A stretch of 64,000 nt of DNA from an uncultured Gammaproteobacteria bacterium (GCA_963714975.1 CAVQQD010000001.1:128001-192000), one strand, 5' to 3'. Positions 22,391-32,171 are shown, counted from the first letter of the stretch. Notes: generated by a model not told the origin, from the sequence alone. A program made the numbers and translations.

Positions 22391-22501
22391 AAAATCCCCC
22401 CTACCCCCCTTTTTCAAAGGGGGGACAAAAGCAGCTTCCTCTCAAGGGGGGACCAAGCGGCGGCTTTCCCCCATTTGAAAAAGGGGGGTAGGGGGGATTT
22501 T
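22391..22501. repeat. Composite family-B palindrome after paralogue A
   Basis: aaatcccccctacccccctttttcaaaggggg ... ccccatttgaaaaaggggggtaggggggattt inverted pair. Confidence 0.75.
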
Positions 22502-22610
22502 AGAAGCGGGGATTTTAAAAGCAAGGTCTCTTCCTCCCTCAGATGACAGCACCAAGAGTTTTAGGCTAGAATCTAGCGAATCTAGCCATTTCCCCATCAA
22601 GGTCCCTTCT

Positions 22611-24330
22611 ATGCGACTACCTTTAGGTTATGACAATTTTAAAGCCATTATCGACAAACGACTGGATTTTGTTGATAAGAGCTTATTAATTCAAGAAATT
22701 CTGGATGATGTTGCTCAAGTAGCAGTAATCACCCGCCCTCGCCGCTTTGGTAAAACTCTCAATTTATCCATGCTGCACTATTTTTTAGCGGCTAAAGCCT
22801 ATGGTCAATCCACCCAAGGATTATTCGATGGCATAAAAATTGCTGCATTGGGTGAAGAATATATGCAGCATCAAGGTAAATATCCGGTGATATTTGTCAC
22901 TTTTAAAGATGTGAAAGATCATCGCTTTGCGACTGCGCTATCGGAATAATGGAGAGCTATGATGGCGACAGTTTATCGAGGAACATCAGCTATATTCTAT
23001 CCGGAGAGTCCACACTTAACTGCCAGTGATAAAGAAAAATTTCTTCTATGCTGGAAGAGCGCGGCTGATGAAGCGAGCAATCGCTCTGAATTGCGCAATT
23101 TAAGTTACTACCTTTACTCAGCACTATCGAGTCAAACCCTGGTTATTAATCGATGAATACGATACTCCCATTCAGTCCGCTTATTTGCATAACTATTACG
23201 AGCCAATGATCGATTGATGCGAGGTGTATTTGGCCCGGCGTTAAAAACCAATCCCTATTTAGAAAGAGGCGGTGATTACCGGCATTTTACGGGTTGCCAA
23301 AGAAAGTTTATTTTCAGGCTTAAATAATTTAAAAGTTTATACGTTGACTCAATTCTAAATACGGGCAGTATTTTGGTTTTACTGAAGAAGAGGTAGAAAA
23401 TTTACTCACAGCAAGCCAGGCTTACAACCCAAGCGCCTGCGATTCGAGATTGGTATAACGGTTATAAGGCCGGAACTATACCGTCTACAATCCTTGGTCG
23501 ATCGTCAATTGCATTCAGCGAAAAGGGAGAATTAGCGCCTTATTGGGTCAATACCAGTGATAATCAACTGATTAAAACCCTATTGCTGGAATCGAGTGAA
23601 AGTTTTAGAGACTCAATTTGAAGATTTATTACAGGGCAAGACGATTGAGAAAGTCGATTGATGAAACTATGGTATTTGGTGATTTCAATCAGAAAGTAAC
23701 GGGGATTCAGCAGCTTGGAGTTTATTGTTGATGGCGGGTTATTTGAAAGTGATTGCTTCACAACGCATTGGAGCAACATTAGCATGTGCCAGTTAGCATA
23801 TCCCTAACCGGGAAGTGCGTAGTTTATATCGGCAAATTATCCAGCAATGGTTATCTAATGGTCATGGATACGAAATGGTTTGATTGTTTTTAAATCATTT
23901 ACTCACGGGTGATTTAGCTGCCTTCGAGCACGATTTAAAACATCTGGTGGAAGAAACCTTTAGTGTCCATGATACTGCCAAAGACCCTGAAGCGTTTTAT
24001 CATGGTTTTATGGTGGGAGCGACAGCGAGTTTGTATCACAATAAAAATTATGAAATTAAATCCAATAGGGAGAGCTGGTTATGGTCGTTATGATTATATG
24101 ATTTTTTCGCATGATGAAAACAAACCAACAATTATCATTGAACTCAAGCGCGTACCCAAAGATACCCCTAATTTAGATCAGGCATTTACGCAAGCGGCGC
24201 AACAAGCGCTTTGGAACAAATGGAATTACAAAATTATGTGGCTGAAGCCAGGCAGCGCGGCAGAACTAAAATATTGAAGATAGGTTTAGCGTTTTCAGGT
24301 AAGCGGTTTAAATTGCTATGGCATTATTGA
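22611..24330 (+). pseudogene. AAA-ATPase/PD-(D/E)XK nuclease copy 3, full length with many single-base frameshifts
   Basis: Colinear at DNA level with 13227-14934. Fragment ORFs at 22611, 22959, 23884 and 23963 cover successive parts. Confidence 0.85.
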
Positions 24331-24546
24331 AATTACCACGTGGTTTTTTTAATCGCCATGTGGTTGAAGTGGCGCAGGACTTGCTAGGCAAAGTGCTGGT
24401 GGTCGGCAATTTGCAAGGCATCATTACTGAGACAGAAGCTTATCGGGGTGCAGACTAGGTTACAAAGTAAAGCCACGTCACGGATTGGCATAAAACAGGC
24501 TACTGATAAATTATGGCGATTTGTGGCGATACCCACCTGCCCTTAA
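24318..24546 (+). pseudogene. MPG glycosylase remnant B
   Basis: MALLKLPRGFFNRHVVEVAQDLLGKVLVVGNLQGIITETEAYRGAD, then a jump to KATSRIGIKQATDKLWRF. The TEAY motif is typical of MPG. Confidence 0.8.
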
Positions 24547-24598
24547 TATATCCTTCATATTTGCCTGTCATAATTAGTCAAATTTTAATATTTATTTT

Positions 24599-24801
24599 GC
24601 AATCATTCACCATCTTTGTGCGTAAAAATCCTTCTCCCCTTGTGGGAGAAGGTGCCCAAAGGGCGGATGAGGGGTAAACTTGAAAACAGCAAGGAGATTT
24701 TATTAGCTAAATGCTAACTGCTGCTGACCCCTCACCCGCGCGCCTTACGGCGCGGCGGCCTCTCCCACAAGGGGAGAGGCAAAATCGTGGTGAATAGTTA
24801 C
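24599..24801. mobile_element. Second full copy of the 19852 MITE
   Basis: Near-identical sequence and the same context. Confidence 0.75.
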
Positions 24802-24850
24802 CTCAATTTTTAGTATTTATTTTAATTAAACGAAACTTAAGAGGTTTAAC

Positions 24851-27130
24851 ATGACAGAACAAAATTCGCAACCCGGGCCCAAAGCCGAGGTTACACCTCC
24901 TCCTTCATCGAGTTCTTCGTCTACTCCTTTATCGAACTCAGGCTCAAGCCATGAAGTCATAGATTACAGTTCATTTTATCCGCAAGATTCGAAACTTACT
25001 GACATCACCCCTGACCAAACTACTAAAATCACTAATGTTCTCGCTGCCACTCAGGCTTTGGCCAATTATTATCTAACACACCATACTGACTATGGTACAA
25101 CCGATAATACAAACAAAATTGCAACCATTATCCCGTTCCTCAAAGACCATGATCCTAGGGGATATTTTTCCAAAAATAAGGATGCACGTCAAAACATTGC
25201 TGAACAATTTCTGAAAGAATTTCAGAAATTAGAAAAGTCCCAAGGAACAGAAACAGTTGTATCAGCAATCAAGTTAGTTAACATGTCGCTTAGTCCAGAA
25301 GTGAACGGCCAAAGGAGGGGCGATTTTTTTCCTCTTCTAAACAACAATCAACCGCTTTCACCCGAACAAACACTAGCAGCCACACGTATTTTGCCTGACT
25401 TATTTAGAATTATGGATACCGCTAGTCTGTACTGTTCTACTGAATTTTCCGGTGTCTATAAGAAAATCGTGACTGAGCCTTATGAGAATTTAACTGGACC
25501 TGGCGGGACAACGCTCGAATCCAAGGATTCAGGTTCAGCTCCACAAAACCAGAATTCTGCAGAGTTACAAAACAGACTGGAGGCAAAGAATAACCACCAA
25601 GCAATCAGCGATACCGTGTATGTATTTCAGGTACTGGATCGAGCCTATAAAGATTCACTTAGTCCTGGTGGCATTCAGAAATTGATTAGTGCAATAGACT
25701 CTCCTGGGGGAGATGAATATTTCCCCAAAAATCCTACACTCGGAGATGGACGTGGAGAAGAGCGAGGAAGAATTGCGCTACTTTTCCTTCGAGAGTTCCA
25801 AAAAATGGATTCGAGGGCAGAGGGTTTCGAGGGTGTAGCGAAAATTAAGAGTGGTATCAGTAACATTATGTCTAATTTGAGGCTTACCAGATCCAGATCA
25901 GGTCCCCAATGGATCCTACCATCCTCTTCGCTCAACCATGAGGCCCATGCATTTTCAGACGATCAATTATATGATCTTTGGAACGGCCTGGGTTTAGGAT
26001 GTCTTACATTAGATCGGGTAAATCGTAAGCAAAACGGGTGTGATTTTGTAAATGCTCTTTATAACGCTTTCTACCGCAAAAACATGCCTGAATCTGCTCT
26101 AACCCCTGTGAACATGTTTGAACCTGCTCCAACCCCTAGTTGTTCTTTTTGGAAACCGGTTTTGGGTGTAGCAGTAGTAGTAGGAGGAGGAGGACTTGGC
26201 ACTGGATTATATTTCGCAATCAAGCACGGACAAAGTAATAACTGGGAAGGTATGAAGCATACTTGGGATGCCATTTCGGATGGGTTCTCGGCTCATGCAA
26301 AAGTTATTATTGGTGCTACGGGAGGGTCAGTAGCAATTGCAGCGCTCTTGCTGCTCTATCTATGGTACCGTTTCGGCAAAGATGCAGATAAAGGTCTAAA
26401 TGCTCCTGTGGCTACTCAATCGACAGTTCCGACAGGCGATAAGGAGAAACTAGCTTCGGATGAGAAGTTAACTGGGGCAGAAACAAAAGTCGTTAAAGTC
26501 GTTCGGGAAGAGCTCAAAAGGGCGGGCAATGTCCCTCTTCTGCAGCCAAAGGAATGGAAGAATGCTGAGAAAATAGATTTTAAAATGATTGAAAGCGATC
26601 CCTCCCGCCTAGACAAGATTCAAAAGCACATCACTGACACAGTTTATGTGTTTCAAGTATTTGACCACTTTCTTTTTAAAAATAAATATCCTGGCGAAGA
26701 GATTTCGGCTTTGATTAAAGAAATAAAGGATGGTCACAGCTTCGTGATTCCAATTCCAAAGAACTTTCCACAACCACCCCGCGCAGGGATTGCTTTACTA
26801 TTCCTGGAAGAACTCCAACGCATTGAACCTATTGTTAGTAAAAATGGAGTTAAGGAATGTGTAAACTACATTGGAGACTGTCTTAGGGATGTTAGACAAG
26901 GCCAGCCCCCTTTAACAGAGTTGTACCCAAATGATCCGCGATGCGGAAAGACATATGAGACGGCTGATTTAGCCGATGCTGAATTGGCTTTGAGGCTTGG
27001 GTGCGAGAAGCTAGATAGTTACTATAATGCTAATTTTTCAAATGCGCTTAATTTGGCTCTTTATGGAAAGCCTAAACCAGCTCCAGAAGTTCCTTCGGAA
27101 ACCACTCGGAGCAGCACCTTGACCTCATAA
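24851..27130 (+). CDS. Effector-like repeat protein, paralogue B (2 modules + TM hairpin + 1 module)
   Basis: Intact 759-aa ORF with repeated DTVYVFQV...IA..FL.EFQ modules and TPSCSFWK followed by two hydrophobic segments. Confidence 0.8.
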   Translation: MTEQNSQPGPKAEVTPPPSSSSSSTPLSNSGSSHEVIDYSSFYPQDSKLTDITPDQTTKITNVLAATQALANYYLTHHTDYGTTDNTNKIATIIPFLKDHDPRGYFSKNKDARQNIAEQFLKEFQKLEKSQGTETVVSAIKLVNMSLSPEVNGQRRGDFFPLLNNNQPLSPEQTLAATRILPDLFRIMDTASLYCSTEFSGVYKKIVTEPYENLTGPGGTTLESKDSGSAPQNQNSAELQNRLEAKNNHQAISDTVYVFQVLDRAYKDSLSPGGIQKLISAIDSPGGDEYFPKNPTLGDGRGEERGRIALLFLREFQKMDSRAEGFEGVAKIKSGISNIMSNLRLTRSRSGPQWILPSSSLNHEAHAFSDDQLYDLWNGLGLGCLTLDRVNRKQNGCDFVNALYNAFYRKNMPESALTPVNMFEPAPTPSCSFWKPVLGVAVVVGGGGLGTGLYFAIKHGQSNNWEGMKHTWDAISDGFSAHAKVIIGATGGSVAIAALLLLYLWYRFGKDADKGLNAPVATQSTVPTGDKEKLASDEKLTGAETKVVKVVREELKRAGNVPLLQPKEWKNAEKIDFKMIESDPSRLDKIQKHITDTVYVFQVFDHFLFKNKYPGEEISALIKEIKDGHSFVIPIPKNFPQPPRAGIALLFLEELQRIEPIVSKNGVKECVNYIGDCLRDVRQGQPPLTELYPNDPRCGKTYETADLADAELALRLGCEKLDSYYNANFSNALNLALYGKPKPAPEVPSETTRSSTLTS

Positions 27131-28081
27131 AATACTTGGCAGCAAGGAACAAACCGCATCGATGCGTTTGAGCATAGGTTCATCGAGGAGCGGGGCTACC
27201 CCTAACGCGCCAAAGTTTTCTCTGAGTTGCGCTTCTTTGGTGGCACCTAAGATCACCGAGCTGACATGCGGGTTTTTTAGGCACCAGGCAATGGCTAGTT
27301 GGGATAAGCTACAGTCCAATTCCTGAGCAATAGGTACGAGGGCGCGCACTACTTCGAGCTGGTCTTCCATGTCATTTTCTCGCCATTGCGGGTAGCGACC
27401 GAGACGAGCGTCGCTAGGCATACCAGAATTATATTTGCCGGATAATAGCCCGCTGTTTAGAGGGCTCCAGGTCGTTAATCCCATGCCATGCCGGGAATAT
27501 AATGGCGCATATTCATTTTCAACCCGGTAGCGATGAAATAAATTGTATCTTGGTTGTTCCATGGAGGGGGGGATGCAATGCAAATGGTAAGCAAGTTGAT
27601 AAGCACTATCAATTTGCTCCGCACTCCACTCGGAAGTTCCCCAATAAATGGCTTGACCACTGCGAACGATAGCGTTCATGGCACGGACGGTTTCTTCAAT
27701 GGGGGTGAGTGGGTCGGGGCGGTGACAGAATAATAAATCGACGTAATCAAGTTGCAAGCGTTTTAAGGAATTTCGGGTGCCTTCTATCAGATGTTTCCGC
27801 GACAGACCCTGATCGTTAATTCCCTTGCCACCCCAAAAAAGCTTGGTGGAAATAACCAGATCCTCACGCCGAAAGCTTTTCAGGGCTTCACCCATGATAA
27901 TTTCGGCTTGCCCATGACCGTAGCCTTCAGCATTATCAAAAAAATTCACCCCCTGGTCAAAGGCGAAGTGCATCAAGGTCTTCGCTTCTTTGAAACCAAC
28001 TTGGTCACTAAAAGTAAGCCAAGAACCAAAAGAAAGCGCGCTGACACGAATGCCGGCTTTGCCTAATTGTCGGTATTCCAT
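27125..28081 (-). CDS. Aldo/keto reductase (Kv-beta-like)
   Basis: MEYRQLGKAGIRVSALSFGSW, FFDNAEGY, ISTKLFW, HRPD and WSPL motifs. Confidence 0.93.
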   Translation of the reverse strand: MEYRQLGKAGIRVSALSFGSWLTFSDQVGFKEAKTLMHFAFDQGVNFFDNAEGYGHGQAEIIMGEALKSFRREDLVISTKLFWGGKGINDQGLSRKHLIEGTRNSLKRLQLDYVDLLFCHRPDPLTPIEETVRAMNAIVRSGQAIYWGTSEWSAEQIDSAYQLAYHLHCIPPSMEQPRYNLFHRYRVENEYAPLYSRHGMGLTTWSPLNSGLLSGKYNSGMPSDARLGRYPQWRENDMEDQLEVVRALVPIAQELDCSLSQLAIAWCLKNPHVSSVILGATKEAQLRENFGALGVAPLLDEPMLKRIDAVCSLLPSIL

Positions 28082-28087
28082 TGGTAC

Positions 28088-28206
28088 CCCCTCACCCTAA
28101 CCCTCTCCCACGAGGGGAGAGGGGATTTAAGCCCCTAACCCTCTCTCACGAGGAAAGAGGGGATTTTAAAGCCCCCTAACCCTCTCTCACGAGGAAAGAG
28201 GGGATT
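28088..28206. repeat. Three tandem hairpins CCCTAACCCTCTCYCACGAGGRRAGAGGGGATTT
   Basis: Three consecutive near-identical units with essentially no spacer. Confidence 0.85.
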
Positions 28207-29787
28207 TAGGCATGTTCCCGAGTGGCTAAAAACTCAATATCCGGCCACCGCTCCTGTGTCAAACTTAAATTCACCATGTTCGGTGCAAGATAAGCTAAAT
28301 TTTCGCCGCCGTCTAGGGCTAAGTGATTGGCGAGATTTTTGCTGAATTCAGCCAATTTTTGCTTATTTGTGCTTTTTACCCAGCGCACTGTAGCAATCGC
28401 GGCAGGTTCATAAGCACAGACTACGTTGTATTCGCTTTTTAAGCGGTAAGCCACCACATCAAATTGTAAATTTCCCACTGCCCCCAAAATATATTCATTG
28501 CTTTGTAACGGCCTAAATAATTGCGTGGCGCCTTCTTCGGATAATTGCAACAAACCCTTTTGCAAGGCTTTTAATTTTAAAGGATCCTTGAGTCGGACAA
28601 TACGAAAAATTTCCGGAGCAAAATAAGGAATGCCGATAAATTTAAGCTCCTCCCCTTGGGTAAAGCTATCCCCAATTTGGATGGTGCCATGGTTATGCAG
28701 ACCGATAATATCTCCGGGATAAGCTTCTTGCACCCGTTCTCGCTCGCTGGCCATAAAGGTTAGGGCATGATGCACGGTGACATCGCGTTGGATACGTACT
28801 TGGTGGATTTTCATGCCAGCGATATAACGCCCCGAACAAATACGTAAGAACGCCATGCGGTCGCGATGAGCAGGGTCCATATTGGCCTGAATTTTAAACA
28901 CAAAGCCGCTAAATTTATCTTCGTCGGGGACTACTTCGCGCGTGAGAGTGGCTCTGGATTGGGTCGAAGGGGCATAGGCAATTAAGGCATCGAGCAATTC
29001 CCGGACGCCAAAATTATTGATCGCCGAGCCAAAAAATACTGGGGTCAATTGGCCCTGCAGGTAAGCCTGATGATCAAAACTGGCGCTAGCGCCGCTGACT
29101 AAACCTAATTCTTCTCGAAAAGAATCTGTATCGTTACCCAAAATTTGTCTGTAAGCGTGGATCGTCTAAGCCTTGGATGGTTTCGCTTTCCTGAACACGT
29201 TCGCTTTTTCCTGGCTGATAGTGGTAAATACTGTGATGCATTAAGTCGTAGACGCCTTTAAAATGTTTGCCCATCCCCATGGGCCAGGTCATGGGCGCAC
29301 AGCGAATTTTGAGCACTGATTCAATTTCGTCGAGTAAGTCAATCGGTTCGCGGGTATCGCGATCCATCTTATTGATAAAGGTGAGAATGGGAATATTACG
29401 CATTCGGCACACTTCGAGCAGCTTAATGGTGCGTGGCTCGACGCCTTTGGCGGCATCAATGACCATTAAGGCAGAATCCACCGCCGTCAGGGTGCGATAG
29501 GTATCTTCAGAAAAATCTTCATGGCCAGGGGTGTCGAGTAAATTGATAACATGGTCTTGATAGGGAAACTGCATCACCGAGGTAGTAACCGAAATTCCCC
29601 GTTGTTTTTCCAGCTCCATCCAATCGGAAGTGGCATGGCGGGAAGATTTCCGCCCCTTGACGGCCCCAGCAAAAGTAATCGCGCCGCCAAATAATAATAA
29701 TTTCTCAGTCAAAGTGGTTTTGCCGGCATCCGGATGGGAAATAATGGCAAAAGTACGACGTTTGGCAATTTCTGCAGTAAGATCCAT
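28206..29787 (-). CDS. prfC: Peptide chain release factor 3; single frameshift near 29140-29147 (likely assembly indel)
   Basis: [48 protein letters not shown] and LSEEGA motifs. Removing one A in ACAAATT fuses the two ORFs. Confidence 0.95.
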
Positions 29788-29873
29788 GGATATTGATTTT
29801 CAAGTCGAAGAAGGCCAGGACTATAGCATAGAAATGGGGGAGTTGGGAGCCCCAAGCCCCTCTTCCCTAGTGG

Positions 29874-30062
29874 GAGCTATCCGATGCACACAAATCGGTC
29901 AGCAATTCCGCTGAAGCCTTGCTCCCCGGGCGGGTCCTGCCGCTGCGGCACCCCACCAAAATCCTCCTACCCCTTTTACAAAGGGGATAGGAGGATTTCT
30001 GTTAGGGTCCCCGCCTCCACGTCACCCGCCGGTCTCATGACGGAGCAGCGAGAAATTGCTGC
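29874..30062. mobile_element. Degenerate copy of the 47004-47294 MITE
   Basis: gagctatccgatgcacacaaatcggtcagcaattccgctgaagcc... is the reverse complement of about 47146-47292. Confidence 0.75.
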
Positions 30063-30189
30063 TTTTTATTTGATCTCATTGCCCATGATTCAGCTTCTCT
30101 TTAATTTCGAAACAATCGCTTAAATAACAAGGCACCTATCTTTGCTAAGCGCAAATCGCCAAAATGACCAATCTCAAATGCGCTAACCT

Positions 30190-30354
30190 CAAGGTGAATC
30201 TACCGTATTAATTCGTCAACTACAGTGCCGCTTTCGCCAGGTACCCCGCAGGTATTTGAAACGGATTCAGCGAGCAGATGCCGACACTATTTTAGTGTGG
30301 GCGGAACGTATTCTTAAGGCAAACACTTTAGGTGAAGTGTTTACTGATTCCTAA
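30190..30354 (+). pseudogene. Orphan DUF4351-like / Rpn-type C-terminal fragment
   Basis: Manual translation QGESTVLIRQLQCRFRQVPRRYLKRIQRADADTILVWAERILKANTLGEVFTDS*. No in-frame start codon. Confidence 0.65.
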
Positions 30355-30573
30355 GCCCCCCCTTTGAAAAAGGGGGATTGAGGGGGATTTAAAAAGATGA
30401 GAATACTAACGTTATTTTCGTAGTACTCAATGCTTCTTTAAATCCCTTTTTCAAAGGGAGGGATTATTTTTGTCCCCTATAGAACCTAACTTTAGATGCC
30501 CTCATTCATTTAAGATACCATTCATATTCCCTTGGTATAATAGGCTAATTAATAAACTTAGGCGACTCAGTGC

Positions 30574-31464
30574 GTGTCACAACAACCTACATCCATCCCT
30601 AAAAGCCAACGTTATGGCATATCCACTATTGGTAGGGCGATACAATTATTATGGCATCAAAATTTCAAAAACCATGGCCATGGTGCGGCAAAGGAAATTG
30701 GAGAGTTAATCGATAATATTCGATCAGGAACTCATACTAGTTTCAAGAGTCAGAAAGAACAAGACCTTGCTGTTCGGTTTCTCGAACAAATGCAACTAAT
30801 GGCAGGAAAATGCGAGCCCTACACGTTTTATTTGAACGTATACTGCCTTTCATGGGAGCCAATGACTTTACCAAGATGTTACCCGGATTTTGCACAATGG
30901 GACGAAATTTATAAAACTCAATTTAGCACCATCTTGCAACAGGAGTTGATCCAAGAGAGCTCAGACCAAGCTACAACACCGTTAGATTTCAAAAAATTAG
31001 GTCGTTCCTCAGAGCAACCCATAGTTTCCACAACGATCACACCAACTACTACTACGCAAGACGACAAAACTCCTGCGGATCGAGTAGCTGAAAATGAGAA
31101 ACCTTTAGTAGATCAAAATTTCGCACAAACAGGGCAGAAATTACCTGACGAAATCACCACAACAGATGTTTCAGGTGGCCAAGCGGTTTCAACCCCACGT
31201 TGCTCTTTTTGGTGGGTAGTTGCTGTGGGTAGTGGTGGACTGGTCGGAACGGGTCTTTATTTGGATGGGAAAAATGGTTGGGAGGTGTCGAAAGCAGTTG
31301 GGGATTGGCTGGCGACTAATGCACGAATTCTTGGTACAGTAGGAGGATCAGTGGGAATGGCAGCGATCATATTCCTCTATTTATATTGTCGCTATAAAAG
31401 TGCTCAGGTTCTTTCTCAAGAGAAAAAGGCAATTGAACGCAATCCTGAAGTACCTACAGTGTAA
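30574..31464 (+). CDS. Effector-like repeat protein, paralogue C (1 module + TM hairpin)
   Basis: IGRAIQLL...IGELIDNI...LAVRFLEQMQ module, then TPRCSFW, GTGLY, GWE and ILGTVGGSV. Confidence 0.75.
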   Translation: MSQQPTSIPKSQRYGISTIGRAIQLLWHQNFKNHGHGAAKEIGELIDNIRSGTHTSFKSQKEQDLAVRFLEQMQLMAGKCEPYTFYLNVYCLSWEPMTLPRCYPDFAQWDEIYKTQFSTILQQELIQESSDQATTPLDFKKLGRSSEQPIVSTTITPTTTTQDDKTPADRVAENEKPLVDQNFAQTGQKLPDEITTTDVSGGQAVSTPRCSFWWVVAVGSGGLVGTGLYLDGKNGWEVSKAVGDWLATNARILGTVGGSVGMAAIIFLYLYCRYKSAQVLSQEKKAIERNPEVPTV

Positions 31465-31478
31465 ATTTGATTGCCAAT

Positions 31479-31767
31479 TTAGCCAGGCATTTTTTTTAAT
31501 ATTTTTTCGATATCAATCCCAGTCTTGTGAATGGATTGCCAAATATCTCCTTCACGTGTCAAGCGTTCCAGAATGTTTTTAATTGTAAATTGCGTTGGAG
31601 TTAGGCCTGGCTTTACTTCATGCCAATGCAAGGGCGTAGAAACAGGAGCTCCTGACTGAGGTCGAACTGAATAAGGTGCAACCACGGTTTGCCCATGGCG
31701 ATTTTGTAAAAAATCCAGATATACCTTCCTTCTACGTCGTGCTGGGAGGCGTTCGATACTGGTTATT
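31479..31767 (-). pseudogene. Diverged duplicate of the ligD 3' end (polymerase-domain C-terminus)
   Basis: ITSIERLPARR..VYLDFLQNRHGQTVVAPYSVRP...IDIEKILK aligns with the end of 38900-41488. Confidence 0.88.
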
Positions 31768-31876
31768 TTACGTCCTTGTACGCTCGGAGGTTTCATCCTT
31801 GACTAATTTGTTTGGAACAAATTAGCCACGCGAAGCGACCCAAAGGGCGAAAACCATGGATGGTTTTCGATCAACC
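31768..31876. repeat. CCATGGATGG-type REP-like element
   Basis: gactaatttgtttggaacaaattag..cgcgaagcgaccc..gaaaaccatggatggttttc, related to 47068-47142. Confidence 0.65.
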
Positions 31877-32171
31877 TACGGTTTGCTTAGCCACTCCCCA
31901 GCTCCTAAATCCAAAACCGCTCTCCTACATCCTTAACTTCTCAACTTTCTGAAACTTTTATTCTTGTGTGCGCCACCACATCCTAACTGCGAAATTATTT
32001 TGGCTAATAAACTAGCCGCTAAAAAATATTTACGATCCATTTTTTTAATTTGTTTTAATTTTTCTTCGCTGGTGAACGAATTCAAAACTTATTCTAATTA
32101 AAAAAGGGATCACATTGAATCGTTTTTTAAGGCATTGCGTTTGGCGCGCTATTTTTATATGAAAAAAATTT

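Noticed and set aside
13227-27130. Integron cassette array
   Set aside because: No IntI and no consistent attC R''/R' boxes. The repeats are gene-sized duplications.
28088-28206. CRISPR array
   Set aside because: No unique spacers and no cas genes. The units are REP-type hairpins.
29134-29150. Programmed frameshift in the release-factor gene
   Set aside because: Programmed frameshifting is a prfB feature (CTT TGA). This gene is prfC, and one extra A in a short run explains the break.
29630-30123. Short ORFs over repeats (also 46951-47332, 54953-55204, 63514-63799)
   Set aside because: They are translations of palindromic elements with no protein-family features.
31768-31910. tRNA or integration-site tRNA fragment next to the AbiE pair
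   Set aside because: No cloverleaf or T-loop in the proper context. The sequence matches a REP family also seen at 47068.
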